64,000 bases of DNA, taken from contig CAYLQQ010000001.1 in the NCBI GenBank assembly GCA_964386355.1, positions 76,256 to 140,255 of the forward strand. Direction: 5' to 3'. Under the pieces are notes generated by a model, which was not told the origin of the DNA, ran no database searches, and saw only the letters and a program-made list of their open reading frames with translations. The translations under genes and the position numbers were made by a program. The stretch is from an uncultured Pseudomonadales bacterium (GTDB lineage Bacteria; Patescibacteriota; Microgenomatia; UBA1400; UBA1449). Positions 36,836 to 46,668 of the stretch are shown here, in pieces (position 1 is the stretch's first letter; the number at the start of each line of letters is the position of its first letter).

Positions 36836-37798
36836 TTGTCCATTTTTATGAACAATTATCTTTGTTTACTTAGCCCAAAAGATGAGTTTAGCAAAGCTCA
36901 AATAAATCAACTTGAAAAAGTCGGTGCGCTTAAGTTTGTTCCATCAAGAGATGAATTGCCAATCGATAAACTTATTCAGATAGCTAAACATGCTACCGTA
37001 CTAGGTGTAGATCCTGACTGCCTTGGCGGTTTTGAGAAAGCACCAATGGTTTTAATGAAACTCATCCCTACCCTACGATATTTAAAAGGTATCGCATTAG
37101 ATACGACTGCATATCACTATATAGACTTGGATTATTGCTCAAAACATCATATTCACGTCACTAACACTCCTCACTACTCGACTGAATCAGTGGCTGAGCA
37201 TACGTTTGGGTTCCTACTTGGAGCAGCAAAACGAATCTTTGTGTCCGACCGTCTGACTCAAAAAGGTGCGTACAAACTCATTGAAGGCATTGAGCTCAAA
37301 GGGAAAACGCTTGGGATTATTGGGCTTGGATCGATCGGGACTCGTCTGTCAGAGATTGCCTATGCCTTTGGGATGAAGGTTATTGCCTACAACCGAACAC
37401 CAAAACAGATTACCCATGTGCAAATGCTAGATTTGGATAAGCTTTTAGAGACAAGTGACGCAATTTCAATTCACCTAGCATTAAACAGTGAAACAAGAAA
37501 CTTTATTTCTAAAGAAAAGATAGAGCTTATAAAACAAGGAGCTATTATTGTAAACACTGCAGACAGAGAGCTTGTGGATGAAAAGGTTATGGCTAAGGCT
37601 TTGGCAACAGATGTGGTTGACAGTTATGTTCTTGAGGCAGAGGACCTCACCCAAACTCCCCTTGCCGTACAAACTAATGCTTTTTTGTTTAAAGGCTTTG
37701 GCTGGTTTACAAAGGAAGCCCTCGAGCGGAATAAGCAGATGTGGGTGGAGAGTATAATCGGGTTAACTTCTGGAAAATCGGGTTATCACGTCGTATAA
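36836..37798 (+). CDS. D-isomer-specific 2-hydroxyacid dehydrogenase family (NAD-binding)
   Basis: GKTLGIIGLGSIGTRLSEIAYAFGMKVIAYNR (GxGxxG plus acidic residue); ~320 aa. Confidence 0.8.
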   Translation: MSIFMNNYLCLLSPKDEFSKAQINQLEKVGALKFVPSRDELPIDKLIQIAKHATVLGVDPDCLGGFEKAPMVLMKLIPTLRYLKGIALDTTAYHYIDLDYCSKHHIHVTNTPHYSTESVAEHTFGFLLGAAKRIFVSDRLTQKGAYKLIEGIELKGKTLGIIGLGSIGTRLSEIAYAFGMKVIAYNRTPKQITHVQMLDLDKLLETSDAISIHLALNSETRNFISKEKIELIKQGAIIVNTADRELVDEKVMAKALATDVVDSYVLEAEDLTQTPLAVQTNAFLFKGFGWFTKEALERNKQMWVESIIGLTSGKSGYHVV

Positions 37799-37877
37799 CT
37801 TGAATAATTAAGCTTCTAATTAAATTGTCTGCAAATGCTAGTGTTCTTTCTAGCTAGTTCTCATACAATAGTCAGGT

Positions 37878-39512
37878 ATGCCAGTAATTGATTCAGAGAT
37901 AGTAAAACAACAACGTATCAGTGAGCTTCCGGCCTTAGAAGCCAAAAATTCATGGAACCCTGTATATGCGCCGGAAAAGATTGATATCAGCAAACCTCCT
38001 GAAAATTTGACCTCAGCAAAAGTTCAGGCTCATTTACGTGATTTGGAGCAGCAACAACCAGACCGTTATAAAGAAGTAATTCGAGGTCACGAGTCTTTGC
38101 TTTTTGAAGTATTGATGATGACAGATGAGCTTGGCAGACCTTACCCTGTTGATATACCTTCTTTAAGAGCAATACTTAATGCAGTTGATACAAAACACCC
38201 AAACAAATGGCTTCAGAGTGGAACTTTCACCAGAGCAATTCATGGACTATACAATAGGTTAAATTCAGGCTTAAGAGACGATCGTTCGTCCCAATATTAT
38301 CAAAATCGTGTTAAAGAACATATTGAGCACCATCATGGGTTTTATAAAGATGGGTCATATAGTCTTGCTACTTTTATCCATTTTGGGGGTCCCCGTTTTG
38401 AAAACGCTAACCAACCCGATCGATATGTAACCATGTTCAATGGCAGAGCCCAAGATGCCGAAAAGTTGAGACGACTTAGTCCGCTCTTACCCCCAAGAGA
38501 TCCTGATGAATGGTACGGTTACATTTCTGAAACAATCTCGACACCACACATTGTTCATCCAGAATCAGTATCAACCTTGCATGATGCAGAAATACAAGCC
38601 GGAGGAGAACTCTTTGTTGAGCTTGAAGATATATATGGGATAACAGATGATGAAAAAAGGCACGATAATCTTTTAATTTGTGTTGATATGAGAGATCTTC
38701 CATTTTATATTACACTAGAAAATTCAAGTATTCATAGACATTCAGGAATCCCAGGAGAGACAATAAAATACGATATTTCTAAAGATCTACCTGACAGGTA
38801 TCATTTTTGTTTACAAATTGCCCGAATGTGTCAACTAACGCCTGATCAACAACCCAAAGAGTTGGCTGCTTGGGTATCAACTCTTGTTGAACTAATAACT
38901 GAGGATCCTAAACAGCTTGATGATAGATTACAAGACGTAATTGAATGGGTAGCCTATGAGGGTGGGGATGATGATGTACCTTCTTGGTTTTTTAAAGCGC
39001 ATGAAAATAGAGTTTCGGAATCTCCCACGGTTGCTCTAGTACAATCTGGCGAACGCCCAATTTATCAATATTTTACAGAACAGTTTCCCATAAAACCCAA
39101 TAGAAGTATATACTACCTAGAAAATATCCAAGCACTACCCAATCCAGAAGATCCCGAATTTACCAAGATAATACAAATGATGTTAGAAAATAATAAATTA
39201 AGATTTCTACCTTTAACCAATATCGAGGTATTAAATGAAACACTTAATGATATTTTTACTAACCCAACAGATAATACCCACGTTGGTGAAACTACGGCTA
39301 ATGCTCTTCCTAAACTTGCACAATATGATTGGGACACAATCATAACTCGCTCTCCAAGTATTAATGAACTACATAAAATTCCACCATGGACTAGAAAATT
39401 CATCGCATCAAAGAGAAGAGTTGGTATATGTGGCGTGGCTAAAAAAATTAATGGTGATGAGATATTGATTATTACTCCACTCTTTAAAAAAGATGTAAGA
39501 AGATCAGATTAA
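37878..39512 (+). CDS. Large cytoplasmic hypothetical protein (544 aa)
   Basis: Long ORF with no signal peptide and no recognised motif. Confidence 0.5.
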   Translation: MPVIDSEIVKQQRISELPALEAKNSWNPVYAPEKIDISKPPENLTSAKVQAHLRDLEQQQPDRYKEVIRGHESLLFEVLMMTDELGRPYPVDIPSLRAILNAVDTKHPNKWLQSGTFTRAIHGLYNRLNSGLRDDRSSQYYQNRVKEHIEHHHGFYKDGSYSLATFIHFGGPRFENANQPDRYVTMFNGRAQDAEKLRRLSPLLPPRDPDEWYGYISETISTPHIVHPESVSTLHDAEIQAGGELFVELEDIYGITDDEKRHDNLLICVDMRDLPFYITLENSSIHRHSGIPGETIKYDISKDLPDRYHFCLQIARMCQLTPDQQPKELAAWVSTLVELITEDPKQLDDRLQDVIEWVAYEGGDDDVPSWFFKAHENRVSESPTVALVQSGERPIYQYFTEQFPIKPNRSIYYLENIQALPNPEDPEFTKIIQMMLENNKLRFLPLTNIEVLNETLNDIFTNPTDNTHVGETTANALPKLAQYDWDTIITRSPSINELHKIPPWTRKFIASKRRVGICGVAKKINGDEILIITPLFKKDVRRSD

Positions 39513-39547
39513 ATATAGCAACTATCTCTTCACAAAATATAATTGTA

Positions 39548-40792
39548 TTGGACATTACCCCCACGCGTTCTGACTTTGTACCTTCATCAAGACAGCCCAA
39601 TCTTCATAACCTAAATTACATAAGTTTTATTGCTCTCATTTCATTAAACTCAATAAGATTGCCCTTCCATAGTACAATTACCAGTATGACTAGCCCAGAA
39701 GAACACAGACATTTGTTGAATATAATAGAATCTCAGCACGTAGTCAGTCTTGAGAGGGGTAAGACTGCCAAAGTAACGACAGTCACCTTCCCGCCTACAT
39801 CGAGAATTTCACTCGTTTGGGATGAGGCTTTGACCGAGCATGGTATAAAAACTGAGCCGGGAAGCTTGCTCATTGATCAAAAAGCTACTGCAACACTGAT
39901 TGGCCGTCCTGCCGGTATACATCCCAGTACTGCTATGACTGAATACGAAAATTCCTATGTTTTCCCAGGTAATCACTTTGGATGGCAGTATGGGGCGTAT
40001 TTTATAAATGATGGGCACTTGATTGGCTTACCAGATGATCCTACAAATAGAATCCTCAATTTTCTTATCCGCAACCAGCAGGGTGAGTGGGATGACAGAC
40101 ATCTCGAGCTCCGGAATGGTTCTCTAGCTAGAGAAACTGATATATCAGATATCGCACATGGATTAAGCGGCCCATTTATTGTCAGAAATGGTGAAGAGCA
40201 ACCTGTCAGAGAGTTGTTGAGTAATCCCCGCCTGTTAGCTGATCCCCGCAATGTGCTTGATTTTTCCAACACTAACCAGTTTAATTTTGTTAATGCTGAG
40301 GAAAAGCGAGAGTTTTGGCAACTGATCCGAAAAGCTTTACCATACAACCCTTCCCTGTTGAGTTGGCTTTGGGATAGAGAAATACCAGTTGAGTATAATC
40401 TTCAGAGTATCAGTGATGTTGAGTATGCAAAGCTGCGGTACCTAATTGCCAAGTCAAGAATGGATCACCTAACTCTGGATAGAGATGATGAGCAAATACT
40501 TATGGAGATAAGTCGTACTCTACCTTATCAACGCATGCCTCTCATGGCTATCGGAATAAATAAAGATAACTCTTGGTTTGTCATAGCTGCAGACGGAAGA
40601 TCATCGGATAGTGCAGGGCTGACTATCACAGAATTAGCACAGCAATGTGTCTTAAAAGGAGCTTATCATGCCATATTAACTGCGGGTGGTGGAGATGTAT
40701 TTATTGGAAATAAAACGAAAGGAAAATTTAAAACAGTAAACTCTCCATCTAATCAGTTACGACCGTATCCATTGTGGATAAAAGTATATTAA
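39548..40792 (+). CDS. Phosphodiester glycosidase (NAGPA/DUF2233)-domain protein
   Basis: C-terminal AIGINKDNSWFVIAADGRSSDSAGLTITELAQQCVLKGAYHAILTAGGGDVFIG. Probable start at the internal MTSPEE (~39686). Confidence 0.5.
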   Translation: MDITPTRSDFVPSSRQPNLHNLNYISFIALISLNSIRLPFHSTITSMTSPEEHRHLLNIIESQHVVSLERGKTAKVTTVTFPPTSRISLVWDEALTEHGIKTEPGSLLIDQKATATLIGRPAGIHPSTAMTEYENSYVFPGNHFGWQYGAYFINDGHLIGLPDDPTNRILNFLIRNQQGEWDDRHLELRNGSLARETDISDIAHGLSGPFIVRNGEEQPVRELLSNPRLLADPRNVLDFSNTNQFNFVNAEEKREFWQLIRKALPYNPSLLSWLWDREIPVEYNLQSISDVEYAKLRYLIAKSRMDHLTLDRDDEQILMEISRTLPYQRMPLMAIGINKDNSWFVIAADGRSSDSAGLTITELAQQCVLKGAYHAILTAGGGDVFIGNKTKGKFKTVNSPSNQLRPYPLWIKVY

Positions 40793-40813
40793 TGCAATTA
40801 ATACATTACAGGA

Positions 40814-42055
40814 TTACCTCCTAACAAATAAAATTGCATTAGGAATTGCCCTGCCCGGACCGGCTTTATATCCCCCGTACCACAGAGCGGTTGAGCCACC
40901 GCTATCCAAATTCAAGGCGTCTTCAAACCCAAGTGCCTTGTGGGCATACGCAGCCTCGGCAACCGTGGCATTGTAAACCACCCCAATATAGACAGTGTTT
41001 CCCTTGTGGGAAACAAAACTGCGGGTGCCTTTACTTCCTTTTTTGGGGTCTCCATCGCCCCCAAATGCAATATTTCCTCCCGATAGCGTCATCGGCTGGT
41101 TGGCGATCATACTATCAATGCCAGTATCTCTGCCCCAGTCTAAAGATCTACCGACAAACCGTACCCATGAACCGCCAAATACAACCGCCGGAACTGTACT
41201 ATAGACATTATTATCTGAGTTGAAGTAGGCTTTATTTTTGTTCATCAACAAGGTATCAAACGAGTTGGTCTTACCCGCACAAGAGGGGTATGAAGCCGGG
41301 CAAAAGTATGATCCGTTTATGCCTGCATATGCTCCATTTCTCGATACGTAATCACCAAGCGCTAGCACAGGACAATTATCCCTACAGTCGGAATCTGAAG
41401 CTGTATCTACGATTACCTTAGTTGAGCTCAAATCGCCTGCCACCATCGAAACCAGAAATTCGCCCACTTCCGTGCTCACTTTTTGGCTGGAATAGCCTGA
41501 TCCGGGAGGTGTATTTGAACTGGGAGCTGATGCCGGGATGTTGAAGCTGGCTACCAGCCTATCCTGTTCAGTCTGAATTTTTTTAGATAAATTAGTCAGC
41601 TCAGCTGATGCAGTAGAGTAGTCACGTTTTGCAAGTATTGTCAATGTTTTACTAAATGCTGCATCCAATTCCGCGGTTTTTGATGTCCCCTCTCTCAGTT
41701 TAACCAGCTTTTCGTAGACTGTAACCGCCTGCTGATACGTATTTTCAATTTCTGTGATAGTTGACTGTAGCTTGTCATTACGTATTTTCTGATCCTCATT
41801 CTCAAGTATTTCAAGCTGGGCAGATACTGAGGCGATTTGCGCTGACATTGAGGCAATCTGCAGTTGTAATATACCCTTATCCTCAGTAAGCTGCTTGACC
41901 TGTAGGTAGTTACGCATTATTTCCTTCTGTTGAGACCTTCCAAGAAACAACACATAATATGACCCAAATCCAAGCAGCATGGTTACTGCCAATATCGAAA
42001 TTGCAAAGATAAGATGATTTCGTATTGCATGTGCTATGGGCAGCGAAAGCTTCAT
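40814..42055 (-). CDS. Membrane-anchored coiled-coil protein with C-terminal phosphodiester glycosidase (NAGPA-like) domain
   Basis: TM LIFAISILAVTMLLGFGSYYVLFL; heptad-rich segment; C-terminal ALNLDSGGSTALWYGGY. Confidence 0.55.
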   Translation of the reverse strand: MKLSLPIAHAIRNHLIFAISILAVTMLLGFGSYYVLFLGRSQQKEIMRNYLQVKQLTEDKGILQLQIASMSAQIASVSAQLEILENEDQKIRNDKLQSTITEIENTYQQAVTVYEKLVKLREGTSKTAELDAAFSKTLTILAKRDYSTASAELTNLSKKIQTEQDRLVASFNIPASAPSSNTPPGSGYSSQKVSTEVGEFLVSMVAGDLSSTKVIVDTASDSDCRDNCPVLALGDYVSRNGAYAGINGSYFCPASYPSCAGKTNSFDTLLMNKNKAYFNSDNNVYSTVPAVVFGGSWVRFVGRSLDWGRDTGIDSMIANQPMTLSGGNIAFGGDGDPKKGSKGTRSFVSHKGNTVYIGVVYNATVAEAAYAHKALGFEDALNLDSGGSTALWYGGYKAGPGRAIPNAILFVRR

Positions 42056-42175
42056 ATAACGAACCAAAGTAGAGTACGTTTGTTTTATTTATTAAATGTA
42101 GCATATTTTTAATCAGTTTCTGTGTTATACTCTTGGCCATGTATAAATAATATTAATTAAAATTTAATTGTATAT

Positions 42176-42883
42176 ATGAAAAAAACCAGTTCTAAACCTT
42201 CAAAAGCCACTAAAACTAACGTAACAACACCCGTCACAGATACCCCAGTAGAGACTACAGAAGTTGTACAGGAACAAAGCTCAACAGCCACCCTTGTCGG
42301 CAAACCATCTGTCAAAAACTCAAGATATATTGTGCTGGGTATTTTACTGATTGCCTTAGCTACCCTTTTATACTACTTCAGGGCTAGTTTTATCGCTGCT
42401 ACCGTCAATGGTCAACCCATCTGGAGAAAAACAGTAAATGAAAAGCTCTACAAACAGTATGGCCAGCAAACAGTGGATATGCTCATCACTGAGGCTCTTA
42501 TTGAGCAGCAAGCCAAAGTCAATGGAGTAGATATTACTCCGGATAAAGTTGCATCCGAAACAGCTAAGATCGACGAAACCTTAAAAGCTCAGGGCCAATC
42601 GCTTGACCAGGTTCTTCTTTTGCAGGGCATGGACCGAGCCGAGCTGGAACGCCAGCTGAAACTAAACCTTATGGTCGAACAATTAGCCGGCGCTGCAGCC
42701 AGCCCGAGTGCTCAGGAAATACAGGCTTACATCACTGCTAACGAAGAGGTTTTACCTGCCGATCTCAAAGGCGACCAGCTCAATGCGTATGTAACTGAAA
42801 TGCTAACCAGCCAGAAAAAGAATGAATCAATCCAGAGCTGGCTTGGTAATCTCAAGCAAGGAGCAAAAATCCAAACCTTCTAA
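42176..42883 (+). CDS. Membrane-anchored SurA/PrsA N-terminal-domain-like chaperone protein
   Basis: TM YIVLGILLIALATLLYYF followed by a SurA_N-like helical segment. Confidence 0.5.
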   Translation: MKKTSSKPSKATKTNVTTPVTDTPVETTEVVQEQSSTATLVGKPSVKNSRYIVLGILLIALATLLYYFRASFIAATVNGQPIWRKTVNEKLYKQYGQQTVDMLITEALIEQQAKVNGVDITPDKVASETAKIDETLKAQGQSLDQVLLLQGMDRAELERQLKLNLMVEQLAGAAASPSAQEIQAYITANEEVLPADLKGDQLNAYVTEMLTSQKKNESIQSWLGNLKQGAKIQTF

Positions 42884-42911
42884 TATATTTTGCAATCCTA
42901 AGAACAATAAA

Positions 42912-42938
42912 GGGCGCATCATCGATGCGCCCTTTTTA
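42912..42938 (+). terminator. Rho-independent terminator
   Basis: GGGCGCATC..GATGCGCCC stem followed by TTTTT. Confidence 0.8.
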
Positions 42939-43432
42939 TTAAACTTATCTTTAGCAGTACTATATGTAATGTCCTATTTTACCTAATCCCCATACTCGCC
43001 ATCCAGACAATTAGCAAATCTCTTACTCCTTGTAGTGTTGTTTCGTGCTTATGCGAAGCCATTTTTAAATGCTCTGTTGGATCAGCTGATACAACAAATA
43101 TGCCCCTTGAAAAATCTGACTCAAGAGCATCATACCTTATTGTTGGTTCTTGTGAACCTTGAGATCCATGGTTTAGTTCAGGATGCATCATACTTGATAT
43201 CTAATTTTATAACAAAACGTGAATTGTACTCATCTTTACTATGCAGTCAATATGCATAAAAAATATCCTTTCTTGACTTCACTCCCCTGTCCTGCTTGAA
43301 TGAGTATACTCACATTTTTAAATATGAATAAAAATACTTAGCATAGCTTTGATTTTAATACGCATAAGTTGATTCCTGTCCATTTAAAAATCAAAGCCAG
43401 GCAAGTACAATTACAAAATATCAATAGTACAT

Positions 43433-43789
43433 ATGCTGAAAAAAATTTTCAAGGGTTTTGTACATGCCTTTGCCGGCATTGGCTCAGCTTTTAGATCCCA
43501 GCTCAATTTCCAGATCCACATTTTAGCTGTTACCTTTGTAACTCTGGTTTCTTGGCTGCTCAACCTGTCGCTGACAGACTTTTTTATTGTACTGCTTCTC
43601 TTTGCTATGGTAATTGCAGCGGAATTGTTTAATACCTGTATTGAAGAACTGGCAAATTTTATCCGGGATCTGCATAAGCTCAACTACAAGGCCACAAAAA
43701 ATGTACGGGATATGGCAGCAGGAGCGGTCCTGGTCAATGCAATCATTGCAGCCGTTATAGGAATTCTAATCTTTTTGAAATATATATAA
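43433..43789 (+). CDS. dgkA: Diacylglycerol/undecaprenol kinase (DgkA family)
   Basis: 3 TM helices; AAELFNTCIEELANFI...KNVRDMAAGAVLVNA matches the DgkA signature. Confidence 0.8.
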   Translation: MLKKIFKGFVHAFAGIGSAFRSQLNFQIHILAVTFVTLVSWLLNLSLTDFFIVLLLFAMVIAAELFNTCIEELANFIRDLHKLNYKATKNVRDMAAGAVLVNAIIAAVIGILIFLKYI

Positions 43790-43818
43790 AAAAGGTGAGC
43801 CTTGACCCACCTTTTTAA
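43788..43818. terminator. Bidirectional hairpin terminator between dgkA (+) and galU (-)
   Basis: AAAAAAGGTG-agccttgac-CCACCTTTTT. Confidence 0.55.
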
Positions 43819-43839
43819 ACCTATCTGTTTTTTTCAGAA

Positions 43840-44730
43840 TTAGAACGGAAGTCCCTGGAGGTACTTCTTAAAGTCCTCTCCCATCTCCTCATTGCGCAAT
43901 CCAAACTCAACAACCGTTTTTAAGTACTCAAGCTTGTTCCCTGTATCGTAGTATTTGCCGTCTTTGATCTCAGCTGCTAAAACCCGCTTTTTATCCCGCA
44001 ACATGAGCTTGAGCGCATCATTATAATATAGTTCACCTCCGGGAGATAAATTTGCCTGTACCTCATCCAGGTAGTCAAAGATATCGGGAGTCATGATAAA
44101 ACCGGATACATTTGCCAAGTTGGAAGGAGCTTTAGCTTTTCCTGGTTTTTCAATGATCGTATCGCAGTCAATAATCCCAGGCTCAATTTCTTTTCCGCCT
44201 GCAACTCCGTACCGATCATACTCTTCGTCTTTGGTCAGTCTGATAGAGGCCAGAACTGAACAGTTGTACTTTTCATATATAGCTAATAGCTGTTTAAAGC
44301 GGGAAGGTGTTGCATAAATAAAATCATCGCTCCACGTGTAAATAAAGGGCTCATCGCCAATAATCGAACGGACATTGATCAGCGGTGTTCCATTACCATA
44401 GGGGCCCTTTTGGCGTACGTACACAAAATTTGCCATGTTTGAGATCTTTTCTACTTGTTCAAGAAGCGGTTTCTTTTTCTCTCCTCCCATGCGTAAGTTC
44501 TCAATCAGGTCCAGATTAGGTGCGTCAAAGTGATCTTCAATGGTTCGTTTATGATATCCAGTTACTAGGATAATATCTTTAATACCTGCATCCACCAGTT
44601 CTTCAACTATGTACTGAATAATAGGCTTGTCTACAATTGGTAGCATTTCCTTGGGCATTGCCTTCGTTTGGGGTAAAAAGCGGGTACCGAAACCTGCTGC
44701 AGGAATAACTGCCTTGGTGATTTTTTTCAT
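43840..44730 (-). CDS. galU: UTP--glucose-1-phosphate uridylyltransferase
   Basis: KAVIPAAGFGTRFLPQTKAMPKEMLPIVDKP is a canonical GalU N-terminus. Start at MKKITKAV. Confidence 0.85.
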   Translation of the reverse strand: MKKITKAVIPAAGFGTRFLPQTKAMPKEMLPIVDKPIIQYIVEELVDAGIKDIILVTGYHKRTIEDHFDAPNLDLIENLRMGGEKKKPLLEQVEKISNMANFVYVRQKGPYGNGTPLINVRSIIGDEPFIYTWSDDFIYATPSRFKQLLAIYEKYNCSVLASIRLTKDEEYDRYGVAGGKEIEPGIIDCDTIIEKPGKAKAPSNLANVSGFIMTPDIFDYLDEVQANLSPGGELYYNDALKLMLRDKKRVLAAEIKDGKYYDTGNKLEYLKTVVEFGLRNEEMGEDFKKYLQGLPF

Positions 44731-44847
44731 AAACTCAACTCCTTTCACTTTGTGGATTTTAATTATGTAGTAATTTACAGGCAAATATACATCTTAATCG
44801 TACGCATAAAAACCCCTAAGTTTCGATTTTATTCTTTTTTCCCTTAC

Positions 44848-44876
44848 TTGCAAAGAGCCTGAAAATACCGTATAAT
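44848..44876 (+). promoter_or_regulatory. Sigma70-like promoter (TTGCAA-17-TATAAT) followed 10 nt later by a hairpin plus T-run (44888..44910); possible leader/attenuator upstream of secE-nusG
   Basis: ttgcaaagagcctgaaaataccgtataat, then accgctatcatagcggtttttt. Confidence 0.45.
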
Positions 44877-45007
44877 ACTTGACATAGACCGCTATCATAG
44901 CGGTTTTTTCATTTAGTACACTGGTGTACTAATGACTTAAAAATACAGTATACTAGAGCATTACTCTGCAAGCAAAGAAAGGCCGACAAGGCTTTTCCTA
45001 AAAACAA

Positions 45008-45220
45008 ATGGCTGAATTTACCTTTACCACCCCAGATTTTGGCTCAAGCCCTAAACAATATCTGCAGGAGGTGAAGGCAGAGCTTAAAAAAGTTTCATGG
45101 CCATCCAGAGAAACTCTGACTCGGTCAACAACGCTGGTTATTATCATAAGCGTAGCCGTAGGTCTATTCTTAGGAGGCTTGGATTACCTTTTTACAAGTT
45201 TGCTCTCTGCAATATTGTAA
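45008..45220 (+). CDS. secE: Preprotein translocase subunit SecE
   Basis: AELKKVSWPSRETLTRSTTLVIIISVAVGLFLGGLD matches the SecE C-terminal TM pattern. Directly upstream of nusG. Confidence 0.85.
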   Translation: MAEFTFTTPDFGSSPKQYLQEVKAELKKVSWPSRETLTRSTTLVIIISVAVGLFLGGLDYLFTSLLSAIL

Positions 45221-45291
45221 GTATCCTTTTATTAAGAAATGGTTAAAAACGGCATATAATCTCAATAGAAGCCCGTCTTTAACTCAAAATC

Positions 45292-45975
45292 ATGGCAAAA
45301 AAAGCAGACAAAACACCGAAAGTAAAAAAAGTAAAAGATGTTGAGGAAGCACCTCAAGCCTCCCCGACTCACGTAGCCATCGAGTCAGCTGCTGATTTGA
45401 TCGAAAAGCCGGTTGAAGGCAATCATGTAGTCATATCAAAAACTGAAGATTCCCGTGCTCGCTGGTACGTTGTCCATACCTACTCAGGTCACGAGAATAA
45501 GGTTGCAGCAGCCCTCAAACAAAGAGTTGAATCAATGGATCAGACTGATTTGATTTTTGAAATCCTGATCCCCACTCAAAACAAAATCAAGATTACTAAA
45601 GGTAAAAAACAAACCATCGCTGAAAAGATATTCCCAGGATATATCATCGTCAAAATGATTTTAACTGATGAATCATGGTTAACGGTCAGGACTACGAGCG
45701 GAGTTACAGCCTTTATCGGTGTAGGCAACAAGCCAACACCAATCTCTGAAAAAGAAGTTGAAGTTATCATGAAATTCATGCAGCAGGCTGCACCCAAGTA
45801 CAAAGCCACCTTTACCCCAGGAGAGGCTGTCAAAATTGTTGACGGTCCATTTAATGATTTCTTGGGAACGATTGAGTCCATCGATCAGGATAAAGGAAAA
45901 GTCCGCGTGCTGGTTTCAATTTTTGGTCGGGAAACACCGGTAGAACTGGATTTCCTGCAGGTAGCCAAGATATAA
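45292..45975 (+). CDS. nusG: Transcription termination/antitermination factor NusG with ~55-aa Lys-rich N-terminal extension
   Basis: NGN domain WYVVHTYSGHENKV; KOW GEAVKIVDGPFNDFLGTIESID; conserved operon position. Confidence 0.9.
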   Translation: MAKKADKTPKVKKVKDVEEAPQASPTHVAIESAADLIEKPVEGNHVVISKTEDSRARWYVVHTYSGHENKVAAALKQRVESMDQTDLIFEILIPTQNKIKITKGKKQTIAEKIFPGYIIVKMILTDESWLTVRTTSGVTAFIGVGNKPTPISEKEVEVIMKFMQQAAPKYKATFTPGEAVKIVDGPFNDFLGTIESIDQDKGKVRVLVSIFGRETPVELDFLQVAKI

Positions 45976-46069
45976 ATTATGAAGATCGTGCTTTAGCATG
46001 GTCGTCAGAATTTATTCCTGGCAATCCCAACCGAAGGTTGTGGATAGCAAAGATCTGACTTATCAGACT

Positions 46070-46110
46070 ATGGCCCTAACGGCTTAAGCGTAGCGAACGG
46101 GATAACAAAG
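46070..46110 (+). repeat. Repeat-family element (ggcttaagcgtagcgaacggg) between nusG and rplK
   Basis: Shares cttaagcg(t)tagcgaa with 21216. Confidence 0.45.
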
Positions 46111-46233
46111 ATTTAGGTTTCCTAAATCTAGGAATGATAGATTGGGGAGACTATACTGTATCTTGTAAGCAGAATCGGATTGAATATCATTTATATTTAG
46201 GTATAATAGCAGTTTGTTATTAGTCTTAATCAT

Positions 46234-46659
46234 ATGGCAAAAAAAGTAAAAATTATTCTCAAACTAAATATTGCAGGTGGCAAAGCTAATCCTACACCCC
46301 CTATCGGACCAGCTCTTGGTCAGCATGGGGTGGCTATCATGGAGTTTTGCAAACAATACAACGAAGCCACAAAAGACCGCATGGGTGAAGTCATCCCCGC
46401 TCTTGTAACGATATACGAAGATCGTACGTTTACATTTGTCCTTAAAAAGCCACCTGTATCAGAATTGATTAAAAAAGCGCTGAAAGTTGACAAAGGCTCT
46501 GGTAAAGCGGGTAAAGAGATGCTTAAAGTTACATTAAGCCAGGAACAGGCAGAAGCAATTGCTAAAGATAAAATGGAAGATCTTAATACCAAAGATATTG
46601 AGGCAGCCAAAAAAATTGTTTTCGGTACTGCCCGATCAATGGGAATAAAAAGTGCATAA
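46234..46659 (+). CDS. rplK: 50S ribosomal protein L11
   Basis: [43 protein letters not shown] is a canonical L11. Confidence 0.95.
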   Translation: MAKKVKIILKLNIAGGKANPTPPIGPALGQHGVAIMEFCKQYNEATKDRMGEVIPALVTIYEDRTFTFVLKKPPVSELIKKALKVDKGSGKAGKEMLKVTLSQEQAEAIAKDKMEDLNTKDIEAAKKIVFGTARSMGIKSA

Positions 46660-46668
46660 AGGAAACAT

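Noticed and set aside
42979-43259. Small ORFs (70 aa minus, 74 aa plus) between the SurA-like gene and dgkA
   Set aside because: No motifs and no clear translation signals; possibly intergenic. Cannot be supported from sequence alone.
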